Positions 48,505 to 60,945 of a stretch of 64,000 nt of DNA are shown here, one piece after another (the stretch's first letter is position 1; each line of letters begins with the position of its first letter). The position numbers were made by a program, and so were the translations under genes. Origin of the DNA: Squalus acanthias (lineage: Eukaryota); assembly GCA_030390025.1 (NCBI GenBank), contig CM059445.1, positions 12,214,001 through 12,278,000 of the forward strand, given 5' to 3'. The notes beneath the pieces are model-generated. The model was not told where the DNA came from, searched no databases, and worked only from the letters and a program-made list of their open reading frames with translations.

Positions 48505-48929
48505 CTGCCCCATCCACCACCTTAAACATTCACTCCCTCCACCACCGGCGCACCGTGGTTGCAGTGTGTGCCATCTACAAGATGCACTGCAGCAACTCGC
48601 CAAGGCTTCTTCGGCAGCACTTCCCAAACCCGCGACCTCCACCACCTAGAAGGACAAGGGCAGCAGGCGCATGGGAACACTACCACCTCCAAGTTCCCCT
48701 CCAAGTCACACACCATCCTGACTTAGAAGTACATCGCCGTTCCTTCATCGTCGCTGGGTCAAAATCCTGGAACTCTCTCCCTAGCAGCATTGTGGGAGCA
48801 CCGTCACCACACGGACTGCAGCGGTTCAAGAAGGCTGCTCACCACCACCTTCTCAAGGGCAACTAGGGATGGGCAATAAATGCTGGCCTTGGCAGTGACG
48901 CCCACATTCCATGAACAAATTTTAAAAAA
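48505..48929 (+). mobile_element. CR1-group LINE (family B), 3' fragment
   Basis: PSTTLNIHSLHHRRT...KAAHHHLLKGN* followed by the tail. Confidence 0.85.
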
Positions 48930-49304
48930 GCATGCCTTGACTCTCCAAGCTTACCTGAGGACCCCTCTCTTGATATTTCCATTGACTAAGTTGTTCCACG
49001 GACAGGCACCCAATAGATACTGGGTTGAGACTGTCCAAAAACATTTTATATAGGACCCTTTCACAGATGTATAGCATGCAGGTGTCTTATGTAGAAAATG
49101 GGGCTACAGAATTCCTAGGATGTAGATCGTCCAGTGGCGTAACGAACTTGGGTTCTCCAAATCTTGCCCTACAGAGTCCATGGCTTGGCTCCGATCCTGT
49201 GATCACTCAAAGTACTCAGTTTCCCAAGTGCAATTAACAGGAAGGTTAAAAGACAGCGGCACCTGTTTCCTCACAGTGAGGGTGCAGTGAGTTTAAATCA
49301 CAAA

Positions 49305-49704
49305 ACGCCTCGGTTTCTAAAAAAAATTCTCACCCTTGTGTTCCAATCCCTCCATGGCCTCGCCCCTCCCTATCTCTGTGACCTCCTCCAGCCCGACAAC
49401 CCCCCGAGATCTCTGCGCTCCTCCAATTCTGGCCTCTTGCGCACATCCCGATTTTAATCGCTCCAACATTGACGGCCGTGCCTTCAGCTGCCTAAGCCCT
49501 AAGCTCTGGAATTCCCTCCATAAACCTGTCTGCCTCTCTCTCTCCTTTTAAGATCCCCTTTAAAACCGCCATCTTTGACCAAGCTTTTGGTCATCTGCCC
49601 TAATACCTCCTTATGTGGCTCGGTATCCAATATTGGTAATTGCTCCTGTGAAGCACCTTGGGACATTTTACTATGTTAAAGGCGCTATATAAATGCAAGT
49701 TGTT
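49305..49704 (+). mobile_element. L2 LINE, 3' fragment
   Basis: GRAFSCLSPKLWNSL followed by the tail. Confidence 0.82.
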
Positions 49705-50656
49705 TTATTCCAGTTGGATTGGAAAATTATTTTGCCCAAGTCCTTAAGATTTATCTTCTCCTCGGGACCAAGAGGTTCACATTGGCCTGACACATGATAT
49801 AACCCCAGTAGATTTTAAACTTTATTCTCGAAGGTCTAAACCGGTGCCACACAATTAACTGAAGATCAGCCATGATCTTATTGAATGGTGGAGCAGGCTC
49901 GAGGACCCGGTATGGCCTGCTCCTGTTTCTTAATTTTATTGAACCGTTCCTATTCCCGAACAGCTGAGGTCGGCTAACTCAGACCAGACTGCCCAACCTG
50001 GGGCACTTACCTCCGGACTATCGGGATGGCTCTCTTACAATCTTGTGCCAATCTCCACCCTTCGTACCATGTAATGATCGGTGGCAACCGTTGAACTAAA
50101 TTTCTTTTAAAAGTAGCTTGTGAAGATATCTGTAGCAGATTACAATGACCCAGAATAAAATTGGAGCCTAACTGCTCAATATTGACATGATTGGAATTCC
50201 AGTGCCTAATACAGCACATCATCTTTACAAAGTATTTACAGCACAGAAACAGACCCTTTGGCCCAACAGGTCCATGCCGGTGTTTATGCTCCACACGAGT
50301 CTCCTCCCGCCCCTCTTCATCTCCGCCTATAACCATATCCTTCCATTCCTTTCTCCCTCCATGTGTTTATCTAGCTACCCTGTAAATGCATCAAGGATTT
50401 TTTGAGGAGCTTTCTGAAGGAGGTGTCCTATACACTGCAGAAAATCGCAGTATGAAATGTATGATTTCTCATTCCATATTTAGGTCCACAGGGACTCTTT
50501 ATTTGAAGTTGAATAAAAAGGTCCCAGCTTGACCCGAGCCCAGTGACACTGCTTGCAAAACCTCCGCAGCGGAGTCTTATCAAGTGCCAACCAGGCAACT
50601 GTTGGGAAGCCCTGTGAATGCCTATCTGTAATCAGAAGGCGTTCTGCCTCCCTCGT

Positions 50657-51455
50657 AGAAAAATAGGAGCAGGAGTAGGCCCTTCGAGCCTGCTCCGCCA
50701 TTCAATATGATCATGGCTGATCCTCTATCTCAATACCATATTCCCGCTCTCTCCCCAACACGGTGGCATAGTGGTTAGCACTGTTACCTCACAGCGCCAG
50801 GGACCCGGGTTCGAATCCGGCCTCGGGTGACTGTGTGGAGTTTGCACATTCTCCCTGTGTCTGCGTGGGTTTCCTCCGGTTTCCTCCCACAGTCCAAAGA
50901 TGTGCGGGTTAGGTTGATTTGGCTATGATAAATTGACCCTTCGTGTTAGGGGGATGAAATACGTGGGGTTACGGGGATAGGGTGGGATATGTGTCGGTGC
51001 AGGCTCGATGGGCCGAAATGGCCTCTATCTGCACTGTGGGGATTCTGTGACTTGGCCTCCACAGCCTTCTGTGGTAGAGCATTCTACAGGTTCACCACCC
51101 TCTGAGTGGAGAAATTTCTCCTCATCTCAGTCCTAAATGTCCTACCCCGTATTCTGAGACTGTGACCCCTCGTTCTGGACCCCCCAGCCAGGGGAAACAT
51201 CCTCCCAGCATCCAGTCTGTCTAGCCCTGTCAGAATTTTATACGTTTCAATGAGATCCCCTCTCATTCTTCTAAACTCTAGTGAATACAGGCCTAGTCGA
51301 CCCAATCTCTCCTCATACGACAGTCCTGCCATCCCAGGAATCAGTCTGGTGAACCTTCGCTGCACTCCCTCTATGGCAAGTATATCCTTTCTTAGGTAAG
51401 GAGACCAAAACTGCACACAGTACTCCAGGTGTGGTCTCACCAAGGCCCTATATAA
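50657..51455 (-). mobile_element. CR1 LINE, 3' fragment interrupted by an HE1 SINE
   Basis: Minus-strand peptide VRPHLEYCVQFWSPYLRKDILAIEGVQRRFTRLIPG; near-identical to 16908-17440. Confidence 0.9.
50758..51050 (+). mobile_element. HE1-like V-SINE nested in a CR1
   Basis: Close match to 11777-12070. Confidence 0.85.
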
Positions 51456-52417
51456 CTCTGCTTCTTTTGCCTATGACCTGCTGAAGTAAAAGAACGTTGT
51501 GCTTGTGCTTCAGCACCATTCAGTTAGTAAACCCTCAACCTTGAGCTTTGACCCTGCCGAGGCTGCTTGACTACAGCAGCAGAAGTGGAGAGAATTACTC
51601 TCACCGACAGGTTAAAATCAGTGCAGTTGAAACTTCTAACCTGTTTCAGAGGTTTGCGGTGCGTTGAGGCGTCTTTACTCAGAAGATTGTCTCCCAATCG
51701 GATTAGGGACGTGATTTTTCTGGTTATGGGATTCTTTTCACTAACAGGGTTCCACTGTTTTTTTTCTTAGAGGTTCCCATAAGTTATATAGTCGAGGAAT
51801 TTCTCAAGTGTGCTGCTTAATATTATGAAACCTACAGCAAAAGGCTCGAGTTGTACAGCTGGTTCCATTTCCGGTGGACTAGCTGCCCCAGTTCTCATCG
51901 GGATCGGGAGTACGTAAAGTGGTTCGGTTTAGCTTTTGCACTCAAATAGGAAGGTTGTTTGACTGTTCGGAATAGCTAATCATTTGAATGATGTGGTTCA
52001 TTGTCCCACACCAGTTCCCAATGTCATTGACTGCATTGGGAGAGTTTAAAGAAAGAAGTTAAACTTAACGCAGATGGTGATCCTGGCTTCCAGTGCCTTT
52101 GGGGCATAGCTCCCCCAGTGAGCAAATGCATTAGCACAGTATAAGTGATGTGTCCAATTAAACCTGAAGAATAGTGCGACTAAGGTTACTGTTGGGGACC
52201 CAGGCCCTTGGCTTTGGCTCCAGTCCATCTGTGTTCTTATTTTCATCCATTTCTCTTGCTTATTTCTGAAGTTAAACCATACTAGTGGCTATTTCAATCC
52301 TTGTTATCTGTAGCGTTCCCCTTTGACCGCAACCCCTCCCCCCCCCCAAGCCCCCTTCCCCACTCCTCTCAGCGGCTCTGTTTCCAAACCTGAGATTTCT
52401 GTTTTCCTTGTGACCAG

Positions 52418-52556
52418 ATTCGCTACAGGAAGGATAAGGTGCTGACCAAACAAACCCCCTGCTTCCCCACGGTAACGCAGCTGAAGGACCTGGCCAACGG
52501 ATGTGCGGTCGCAGCCCTGATCCACCACTACTGTCCAGATGTGCTGCGTTTGCAAG
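52418..52556 (+). CDS. CAMSAP3: CAMSAP3 coding exon, start of CAMSAP CH domain (phase 0-1)
   Basis: ttttccttgtgaccag|ATT...CAA G|gtgaga. Translates IRYRKDKVLTKQTPCFPTVTQLKDLANGCAVAALIHHYCPDVLRLQ (human IRYRKDRVVARRAPCFPTVTSLQDLASG...HCYCP). Confidence 0.95.
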
Positions 52557-52631
52557 GTGAGATGCAACTGGAAATGCGAGGATGGATTTAAACCAGAGTC
52601 CAAGTCCAGCTCCAACTTGGACTTTGATTGG

Positions 52632-53182
52632 GCGTAGAGCAGATGTTTCCACTGGTGGGGGAGACCAAAACTTGGGGTCAGAAACGGAAGATAGTCACTA
52701 ATAAATCCAATAGGGACTTCAGGAGAAACTTCTTCACCCAGAGAGTGGTGAGAAATAAAAACAGGTCAGGCAGCATCTGTGGAGAGAGAAACAGAGTTAA
52801 GGTTTCAGGTCAATAGCCTTTCATCAGACCTGGAAAAAGTTGGCGATTTAACCGGTTGTAAGCGAGTGCAGAGGCAGGGAAAGGGGGAAGAGGAGGAAAG
52901 AACAAAAGGGAAGGTCTGTGATAGGGTGGAAAGCAGGAGAGATTAAATGACAAAAGGCAATTCAAACGACAAGTGCTGAGAATTTGGAACTCGCTACCAC
53001 AGAGAGTGGTTTGAGGCGAATAGCGTAGATGCATTTAAGGGGAAGCTGGATAAGTCCATGAGGGAGAAAGGAATAGAAGGTTATGCTGATCGGGTGAGAT
53101 GAGGTGGCTCGCGTGGAGCATAAACACCGACATAGACCAGTTGGGCGGAAGGGCCTGTTTCTGTGCTGTACATTCTATGTAA
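52632..53182 (+). mobile_element. CR1 LINE, 3' fragment interrupted by a Penelope fragment
   Basis: MFPLVGETKTWGQKRKIVTNKSNRDFRRNFFTQRVVR; resumes at about 52975. Confidence 0.75.
52755..52960 (-). mobile_element. Penelope-like pLTR/UTR fragment
   Basis: Reverse complement of the 37900-38070 region (gacctTcccttttgttct; aactctgtttctctctccacagatgctgcctgacc). Confidence 0.75.
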
Positions 53183-54541
53183 CATAGCACAAGTTTTTGA
53201 GTGCTTCAGTATAAACCCACTGGAGGAGCTGCGACTGCAGTACGCTGGCAAGGCCCTATTTATTGTCCATTCTCGGCTGCCCTGAGAAGGCGACTGTGGG
53301 CCACCAGGAGCTTGAACTTTGTGCTGGGCCATTTCAGTGGACATTAGGAGTCAATCACGTCGTATGGTGTCATGTGCAGGTCAGACCAGGTAGAGGTGGC
53401 AGATTCATCTTGAGGTGCATTAGTGATCCAGTTTCTATGGTTATTTTTCCTGCTGCTACCCAGCAGATTATCAGATTCATTCCCAGTCCAGTACTACAGC
53501 CACTGTATTCACACTATGATGCACATAAAGCCAGTACCACTGGAGACAGGTTGATGAATATTTATATTCTGTTGCTGTGGAAGGATGAGGTTTAAATAAC
53601 AAGTGATCAGAGTCCTAAAATTACATTGTAAAATTATTAATTTAGGAATGCTTAATACATTGTCTGTAATTCTTCTCTCCCACAGTTTTATAAGTCCTCA
53701 TTTTGCAGATCAATGCATTAGGGTTCACACTTTTATCTCCCAAGGTAATATCAGGGCCCAGAAACAGCAGTTTGGGGGGGAGGGGTGGAGACCGAAACTA
53801 GGGGCCAAAAATAGAAGATAGTCACCAATAGGGAATTCAGGAGAAACTTCTTTACCCAGAGAGTGGTGAGAATGTGATGAGGGAGAAAGGAATAGAAGGT
53901 TCTGCTGATTAGGGTGGGAGGAGGCTCGTGTGGAGCATAAACACCAGCAAGGACCCGTTGGGCCGAATGGCCTGTTTCTCTGCTGGCGATCCTATGAACT
54001 CACATATATAGCGCTTTTTTTTTTGGAAACTAAAACTGGTATTGATACATCGAGTAAAGTAGGTTTGGCCCTGTAGGTTTCACTGGCCAAAGACTTGATC
54101 ACCATGAGCACGTGCATGTCGGAGTGCAGCCGATGGCAAATGTACGGCCCCCTCCCGCCCTTGCAGAGGTCGGCGAGCCAACCTCCGTTGTCCCAACGGC
54201 AGTGATGACCCAGAGTTTCTTGCATCCTGTGAGCTGCTGGCTGGGATCTGTCTAGAACCCAAGTGCGTACGGAGCTGATTGCTTGTCGACGAGTCTTGTG
54301 GGTCCCTGGCTTGTAACTGGAGTGGTGCCATCAGGTTTTTAAAAAAAAAACTGGGGAGAGCAGCACATGGAAGGTGAGGCTCTCTGCTTGAGTATTGATC
54401 TCCTGGGGCCCCTTGGCATTCAGTTGTCTCGCAGCTAAGTTACAAATATACTTCTTGGGCTTAGTGTTGTTTGTAGTGATTGTGTTCCTAACTTTTCTCT
54501 CTCTGCCTCTTTCTCCCCCCACCCCACAAAACCCTTTACAG

Positions 54542-54681
54542 ATGTTTGCTTGAAGGAGACCATGTCTGTAGCTGACAGTCTTTACAACTTGCAACTGATT
54601 GTGGAGTTCACCCAGGAGTATCTGGGCAACTGCTGCCATCTGGGCCTGGAGGACATGCTGTACACCCCACCAGTGTTAAAG
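54542..54681 (+). CDS. CAMSAP3: CAMSAP3 coding exon, CH domain (phase 1-0)
   Basis: ccctttacag|AT GTT...TTA AAG|gtaatg. Translates (D)VCLKETMSVADSLYNLQLIVEFTQEYLGNCCHLGLEDMLYTPPVLK, containing the CAMSAP hallmark ADSLYNLQL. Confidence 0.96.
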
Positions 54682-55424
54682 GTAATGGATTGAAGCACCG
54701 TTTGCGCACTGTCGAGCTCTCGCGGCTGAATTGCCAGCTCCTGTTCCTATGTTTATAGAGATATGTTAAATTGGTGCCATTGGTCCTGAGATTGAAGAGT
54801 GATATTCAGTATCTCTGACCCCCTGGCATTCAATTAAGAACATTGAAAAAAACTTGAATGACAACTTGGTCAATCAAGCCAGGTTCTCGCGTCGATCACT
54901 TGTCGTGCATTCCATTGTGGCGTACAACACGGTGTAAAGGCTCACCCAAGCTCCAGTATCTGGCCTGGCCCCACTGTACTGTAACTGAAACTGCTTTGCA
55001 TCGATGCTGCGTTTGTAGTGTAAATGCATCTGTAGACTCCACCAGTCGTTTCATCTCCTGAGGTGAATTTCTCCAATTTCTCTCTACAATGAAAGCTATG
55101 TCAGCGAAAACCAATCTAACCCCACGTCCTCTCATCGCTGGCATAACATTCGTGTGGCCCTCACCGTTCAGGAACTACCATGTTCCACACAGTGTTTGAT
55201 CGTCTCCATTTGCCTGCTGGCTCTTGCTCCAATTCCGAGCCAGCTGTCTAAACAGTGCTTCTCTTTATGTTGGCCAGACATGTGTTGGTCTTTCTCCGTA
55301 TGTTCATTGTTTAATGTTTGCATTCATTGGTAAGGCTCATTCCAGTTATTCACTGATTTTGCTCTTCCTGTTGGTACTGTTCAGTCGTTTAGTGAAGGTC
55401 GTCAATGATGTAGATGACAGGGTC

Positions 55425-56356
55425 TCTTCTTCTTAGGCAGTCCCTCGGAACCGAGGATGACTTGCTTCCACACTAAAAATTAGTTCTCAGGTGACTGATG
55501 AGTCCAATGCAGGACCTACAGTCTCTGTCACAGGTGGGGCAGACGGTGGTTGAAGCGGCGGGTGGGTGGGGTGCTTGGCTTGACGTGCGCTCCTTCCGCT
55601 GTTTGCGCTTGGCTTCCGCTTGCTCCCGGCGAAGAGACTGGAGGTGTTCGGCGCCTTCCCGGATGCTTCTCCTCCACTTTGTGCGGTCTTGGGCCAGGGA
55701 TTCCCAGGTGTCGGTGGGGATGTTGCACTTTTTCAAGGAGGCTTTGAGGGTGTCCTTGAAGCGTTTCCTCTGCCCACCTGGGGCTCTCTTGCCGTGTCGC
55801 AGCTCAGAGTAGAGCGCTTGTTTTGGGAGTCTCGTATCGGGCATGCGGATGATGTGACCCGTCCATCGGAGCTGATCAAGCGTGGTCAAAGCTTCGATGC
55901 TGGGGATGTTGGCCTGAGCGAGAACACTGACGTTGGTGCGCCTATCCTGCCAATGGATTTGCAGGATCTTGCAGAGGCAGTGTTGGTGGTACCTCTCCAG
56001 TGCTTTGAGGTGCCTGCTGTACATGGTCCATGTCTCTGAAGCATACAGGAGGGCGGGCATCACTACTGCTCTGTAGACCGTGAGCTTGGTGCCGGGTTTG
56101 AGGTCCTGGTCTTCAAACGCTCTCTTCTTCAGGCGACCGAAGGCTGCACTGGCACACTGAAGGCAGTGTTGGACTTCGTCATCGACGTCTGCCCTTGTTG
56201 ACAGTAGGCTCCCGAGGTATGGAAAGTGGTCCGCGTTGTCCAAGGCCTCGTCGTGGATTTTGATAATCGGGGGGCAGTACTGTGTGTTGGGGGCAGGTTG
56301 GTAGAGGACCTTTTGTCTTACGGATGTTTAGTGTAAGGCCCATGCTCTCGTACACT
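55425..56356 (-). mobile_element. RTE-clade LINE, 3' fragment
   Basis: HFPYLGSLLS...AFGRL...YRAVVMPALLYASETWT...LRWTGHIIRM; same tail as the 22306 copy. Confidence 0.92.
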
Positions 56357-57162
56357 TGTAGATGACAGGGTACTGGAGATAGGAGTGCTGCGGTCAGACC
56401 TGAAGGCAGACAGTGCTGGGTAACTGATGCCAGGATTATTGTGATGCACAATTCGGGTATAGAAGTGTCTGTTACAGGAATCCGCACCAAACAAGAATTT
56501 AAAGAAGGAGGAAGGTCTACCTCCTCTTCAAAGTTCTCCCCCAGTGTCAAAAACGAGAGAGAGACCATCTGGAGAGCCTGACTTCGGGAAGCTCTCTGTT
56601 AGCGGAGTGCGTATCCAGTGGCCATTTTTCTTCGCTTGGGACGCAAGCACGCAGCCTCTCCTTATAACTGACCTTACGTGAGTGAGGTGAGGGGAGGGCA
56701 TGCAAAATGGCTGATTCTGTGAGGGGGAACCGGAGTTATTTCAATACCTGTTAATTTATTTTTCAGATTGACGTTGATTGAGATAATTTAAACAGCAAGT
56801 CATCCCCTTTTACACTCTCATTCCTTTAATCACAGTCCACAAGCTCCTCTAAATCGGATTCCAGTCATTCATCCCTATTGGGATGAACTTTGAACTATAT
56901 TTGCATTATGCCTGATGTCTAATGAATCTCCCAGCAATTGCCTGGATAAATGAGTGGGCTGGCACTTTAATGATTCGCTTAATTTTCTTTGTTTTAAATC
57001 AACTGGTTACCTTTCAGGCAATTTAGCTGCAAACTTTATTCAAATTATTGATACAAAATGAAGAACTGCCATTTATATCGCACTTTCTCGTCTCCTGGAA
57101 TAACCCAAAGTGCTTTTATAGCCAATGGATTAATTTTGAAATCGCGGTTATTATGTAGGACA

Positions 57163-57623
57163 AGTGTCAGCTGTGGCTCAGTGGGTAGCACACTCTCCTC
57201 TGACTCAGAAGGTTGTGGGTTCAACTCCCACTCCAGAGACTTGAGCACATAAAGCTAGGCTGACACTCCAGTGTAGTGCTGAGGGAGTGCTGCGCTGTTG
57301 GAGGTGCCATCTTTCGGATGAGACGTTAAACCGAGGTCACGTCTGCTCTCTCAGGTGGGCGTAAAAGATCCCACAGCACTATTTTGAAGAAGAGATGGGG
57401 GAGTTATCCCCGGTGTCCTGGCCAATATTTATCCCTCAACCATCAGAACAAAAACAGATTATTTGGTCATTATCACATTGCTGTTTGTGGGAGCTTGCTG
57501 CACGCAAATTGGCTGCCGCGTTTCCTACATTACAACAGTGACTCCACTTCAAAAGTACCTCATTGGCTGTAAAGTGCTTTGAGACGTCCGGTGGTCATGA
57601 AAGGCGCTATAGAAATGCAAGTT
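57163..57623 (+). mobile_element. SacSINE1-like SINE
   Basis: Full consensus match. Confidence 0.85.
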
Positions 57624-57627
57624 GTCC

Positions 57628-57830
57628 CTAATTCCCTCCACAAACCTCTTCATGTCTCCATCCCTCTCCCTCCTCCTTTTAAGACACCGATTAAAACCTA
57701 CCTCTTTGACCAAGTGTTTGGCCGCCTGTCTCTTCCTTTGGCTCAGTGTTGTATTTGGTCTGATTTACGCTCCTGTGAAGCAGCCTTGGGGATTATGTTA
57801 AAGGCGCTGTATAAATGCAAGTTGTTGTTG
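57628..57830 (+). mobile_element. L2 LINE, 3' tail fragment
   Basis: ttaaaacctacctctttgaccaa...aaaggcgctgtataaatgcaagttgttgttg. Confidence 0.75.
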
Positions 57831-58004
57831 GGGAGGGTGGCGGCAGATCGCAGCTGCTTTTACACGGTGCTGGTTCAGGGTTTGCCTGGTCTGTTCCCAA
57901 ACCACACGAGTCTTGGGCCTCAAGCCCAGTTTTTTTTTTTAAAAATCGGGCCTTCTCTTGGCAAATCTGCCAGATCTCATCGCGGGTTGCTGCTGGCAAC
58001 TGGG

Positions 58005-58495
58005 GAGCAGCGTAGATTCACCAGAATGATACCGGGGCCAAAAGGGTTAAATTATGAAGGACCGGTTGCATCGACTAGGCTTGTATTCCCTCGCACATAG
58101 AAGATTAAGGGCTGATCTAATTGAGGTGTTCAAGATGATTAAAGGATTTGAACGGGTAGATGGAGAGAAACTATTTCTTCTGGTTGGGGGAGTCCAGAAC
58201 AAGGGGGCACAACCTTAAAATTAGAGCTCAGCCGTTCAGGGGTGATGTCAGGAAGCACTTCTTCACACACGGTAGTGGAAAAACTGGAACTATCTTCCCC
58301 AAAAAGCTGTTGAGGCTGGAGGTCAATTGAAAATTTTAAAACTAAGATTGCTAGTTTTTGTTAGGCAAGGGTATTGAGGGTTACGGAACCAAGGCGGGTA
58401 GATGGAGTTAAGATACAGATCAGCCATGGTCTCGTTGAATGGCTGAACAGGTTGGAGGGGCTGAATGGCCTCCTCCATTCATGTTCCCATGTTTC
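58005..58495 (+). mobile_element. CR1 LINE, 3' fragment
   Basis: QRRFTRMIPG...gatctaattgaggtgttcaagatgattaaagg followed by the tail. Confidence 0.8.
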
Positions 58496-58780
58496 AATGG
58501 CGGTGGAATATCCCTACTTTAGGGACCAGTGGCGCAAACTCCCCAACACCAATATAAAAGCCTTTTATTGGGCAGCCATCAGAGGCAGAGTAACTGTTGT
58601 AATGTAAAACAGGCTGTGGTGAGGGCTTTTGATCTCTGGGGCTGGGCCTCATTATTATTTAAATGATAGGCTTGTACAGGAAGCCACAAACAGATTATAG
58701 CCTAAACTCATATCATTGGGGTTTTCATGGGGCCCATGTGTCTGCTTGAGAAATGTAATTTTTTTTGTGTCAGTGACTAT

Positions 58781-59498
58781 GGCCCGTATTTTCCGATCGG
58801 AGGCTTCCTGTGCGTGCGGAGGCCTCCTACCGGGGAAAAAAATCTACGAACTTACCTGAGGGCTCCTGAGGTCCGGACACTTCCGCTCCTGGGCGCCTCC
58901 ACAGTCGAAATGCGCAGGGCCCAGAGGTGCAGGCGGTTCACAAGCGTCCCTGGGATCACGTGGGCCAGGCCAGCCAATAGGAGAAGGGAAGATAGACCCG
59001 TCAAATATATGAATGGAGATCACCCCAAAAACACACTGAAACATTAAATAAATTTTTTTAAAACCATCGTTTTTAAAATGAGTTAAAATTACATTAAATT
59101 AAATATTTTAAACAAAAATTTAATTTTTTGAAATAAATAGTTATTTACGGGGCTAAAAATAAACTTTTTTTTTAAAAAAGTATTTTAAAATTATGAATGA
59201 GTGGAAAATTTTTTTTTCCAACTCTTATGCTGGTAAAAGCAGGCCTTTACACCTGCTTCTACCAGGCGTAAGATTTCTAAGGGTTTTCAGCGGGCGGAGG
59301 TTCTGCAGAAAGCGGAACTCTCCACCCGCAGAGGCCCTTCTCCAGGACAGGCGTCCGGTCGGTCAAGAGCATTCTTGACAGATCGGAAATGCCGGTTTTC
59401 AGCGCATGTGCTGTGCATGCCTGAAACCTGCATTTCCGATGTCCCTATGGGTGTGTACACAGCGCGTACACACTCGTAGGCATCAGAAAATATGGGCC
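58781..59498. mobile_element. non-autonomous DNA transposon, PIF/Harbinger-like
   Basis: TIR GGCCCGTATTTTCCGAT / ATCAGAAAATATGGGCC; 3-bp TSD TAT/TAT; AT-rich core. Confidence 0.8.
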
Positions 59499-59647
59499 TA
59501 TGTAACTCAGGCAGCTACCTGGATGCTCATTGTAAGGCCCCAACTGTCAATTGTTTTGCATGGTACTCATAGGATGTGCTGGCTAAATATACTGCAGCCT
59601 CAGTGCTACGATCTGCAACAGGCCAGCCGTACAACTGGGGCTCAGCT

Positions 59648-59673
59648 TCTCCTCCTCCTCCTCCTCCTCCTCC
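59648..59673. repeat. (CCT)n microsatellite
   Basis: Read directly from the sequence. Confidence 0.85.
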
Positions 59674-59866
59674 ACCAGTACCCCAACAACAATTAGGATC
59701 CTTGCAGCTGACGGTGAAGAGACTTCCAACCTTCTCAACCTGGACTGGGGACCGACCCAAGTCCCAGAGGTGAAAGGATTTGTCCCTTCCCAAAGATGTT
59801 GATTCCTTGCTGGGATGTGGTTTCACGGATGCCCCCTGATGCCGTGGCAAATCTTCAAGCGTGAGG

Positions 59867-60107
59867 CTCGACACCAGAGTGTTCGCAGGCTAGACAACCG
59901 GTGACGTAAGAAAACTACTCGGCACTTGGTCTAAGCGTTAAACAAAGCTTTAATCAACTGTTTTTCAACATGGAGATCTGGTTGTGTCCTTCGCTAGTTC
60001 CTGTTGAGGAATGTCCTAAGCAAGCTGGGCCCATGCCCGAGTATTTATACTCTCCCTGGACAGCGCCACCAGCAGGCCGCCCAGTATTACTTCATACATG
60101 AATGACA
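59867..60107 (-). mobile_element. possible Gypsy-type LTR plus primer-binding site
   Basis: Minus strand: TGTCA start (60107), TATAAATA (60049-42), ATTAAA (59954-49), ...GAACA end (59880), then TGGTGTCGAG. Confidence 0.4.
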
Positions 60108-60276
60108 AGATTCATGTCAACCGGTGTGGCGGGGGAAGGCAGAAACCCCAGCCACGTCCAATCCTGTCCTGACTAAATGTTCACAAGGGAGGGGGTGCTG
60201 GATGGTTGATCCAGAACAGGAGCCCTGGCAGATGCAAGTTTCCCAAATCCTGGGATGTTGAGGCCAATTGTAATAT

Positions 60277-60945
60277 CAACATCCTGGGGGTCACCATTGA
60301 CTAGAAACTTAACTGGACCAGCCACATAAATACTGTGGCAACAAGAGCAGGTCAGAGGCTGGGTATTCTGCGGCAAGTGTCTCACCTCCTGACTCCCCAA
60401 AGCCTTTCCACCATCTACAAGGCGCAAGTAAGGAGTGTGATGGAATACTCTCCACTTGCCTGGATGAGTGCAGCTCCAACAACACTCGAGAAGCTCGACA
60501 CCATCCAGGACAAAGCAGCCCGCTTGATTGGCACCCCCTCTACCACCTTAAACATCCACTCCCTCCACCACCGGCGTACCGTGGCTGCAGTGTGTACCAT
60601 CTACAAGATGCACTGCAGCAACTCGCCAAGGCTTCTTCGGCAGCACCTCCCAAACCCGCGACCTCTTCCACCTAGAAGGACAAGGGCAACAGGTGCGTGG
60701 GAACACCACCACCTCCAAGTTCCCCGCCAAGTCACACACCATCCTGACTTAGTATATCGCCGATCCTTCATTGTCACTGGGTCAAAATCCTGGAACTCCC
60801 TCCCTAACAGCGCTGTGGGAGTACCTTCACTACACGGACTGCAGCGGTTCAAGAAGGCGGCTCACCTCCACCTTCTCGAGGGCAATTAGGGATGGGCAAC
60901 AAATGCTGGCTTTGCCAGCGATGCCCACATCCCATAAAACCGAAT
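60277..60945 (+). mobile_element. CR1-group LINE (family B), 3' fragment
   Basis: ATRAGQRLGILRQ...MEYSPLAW...HLLEGN* followed by the tail. Confidence 0.85.

Noticed and set aside
55473-56243. 256-aa ORF, the longest in the track, as a host gene
   Set aside because: It is the 5'-truncated C-terminal part of an RTE LINE ORF. The other long track ORFs are likewise CR1/L2/SINE translations.
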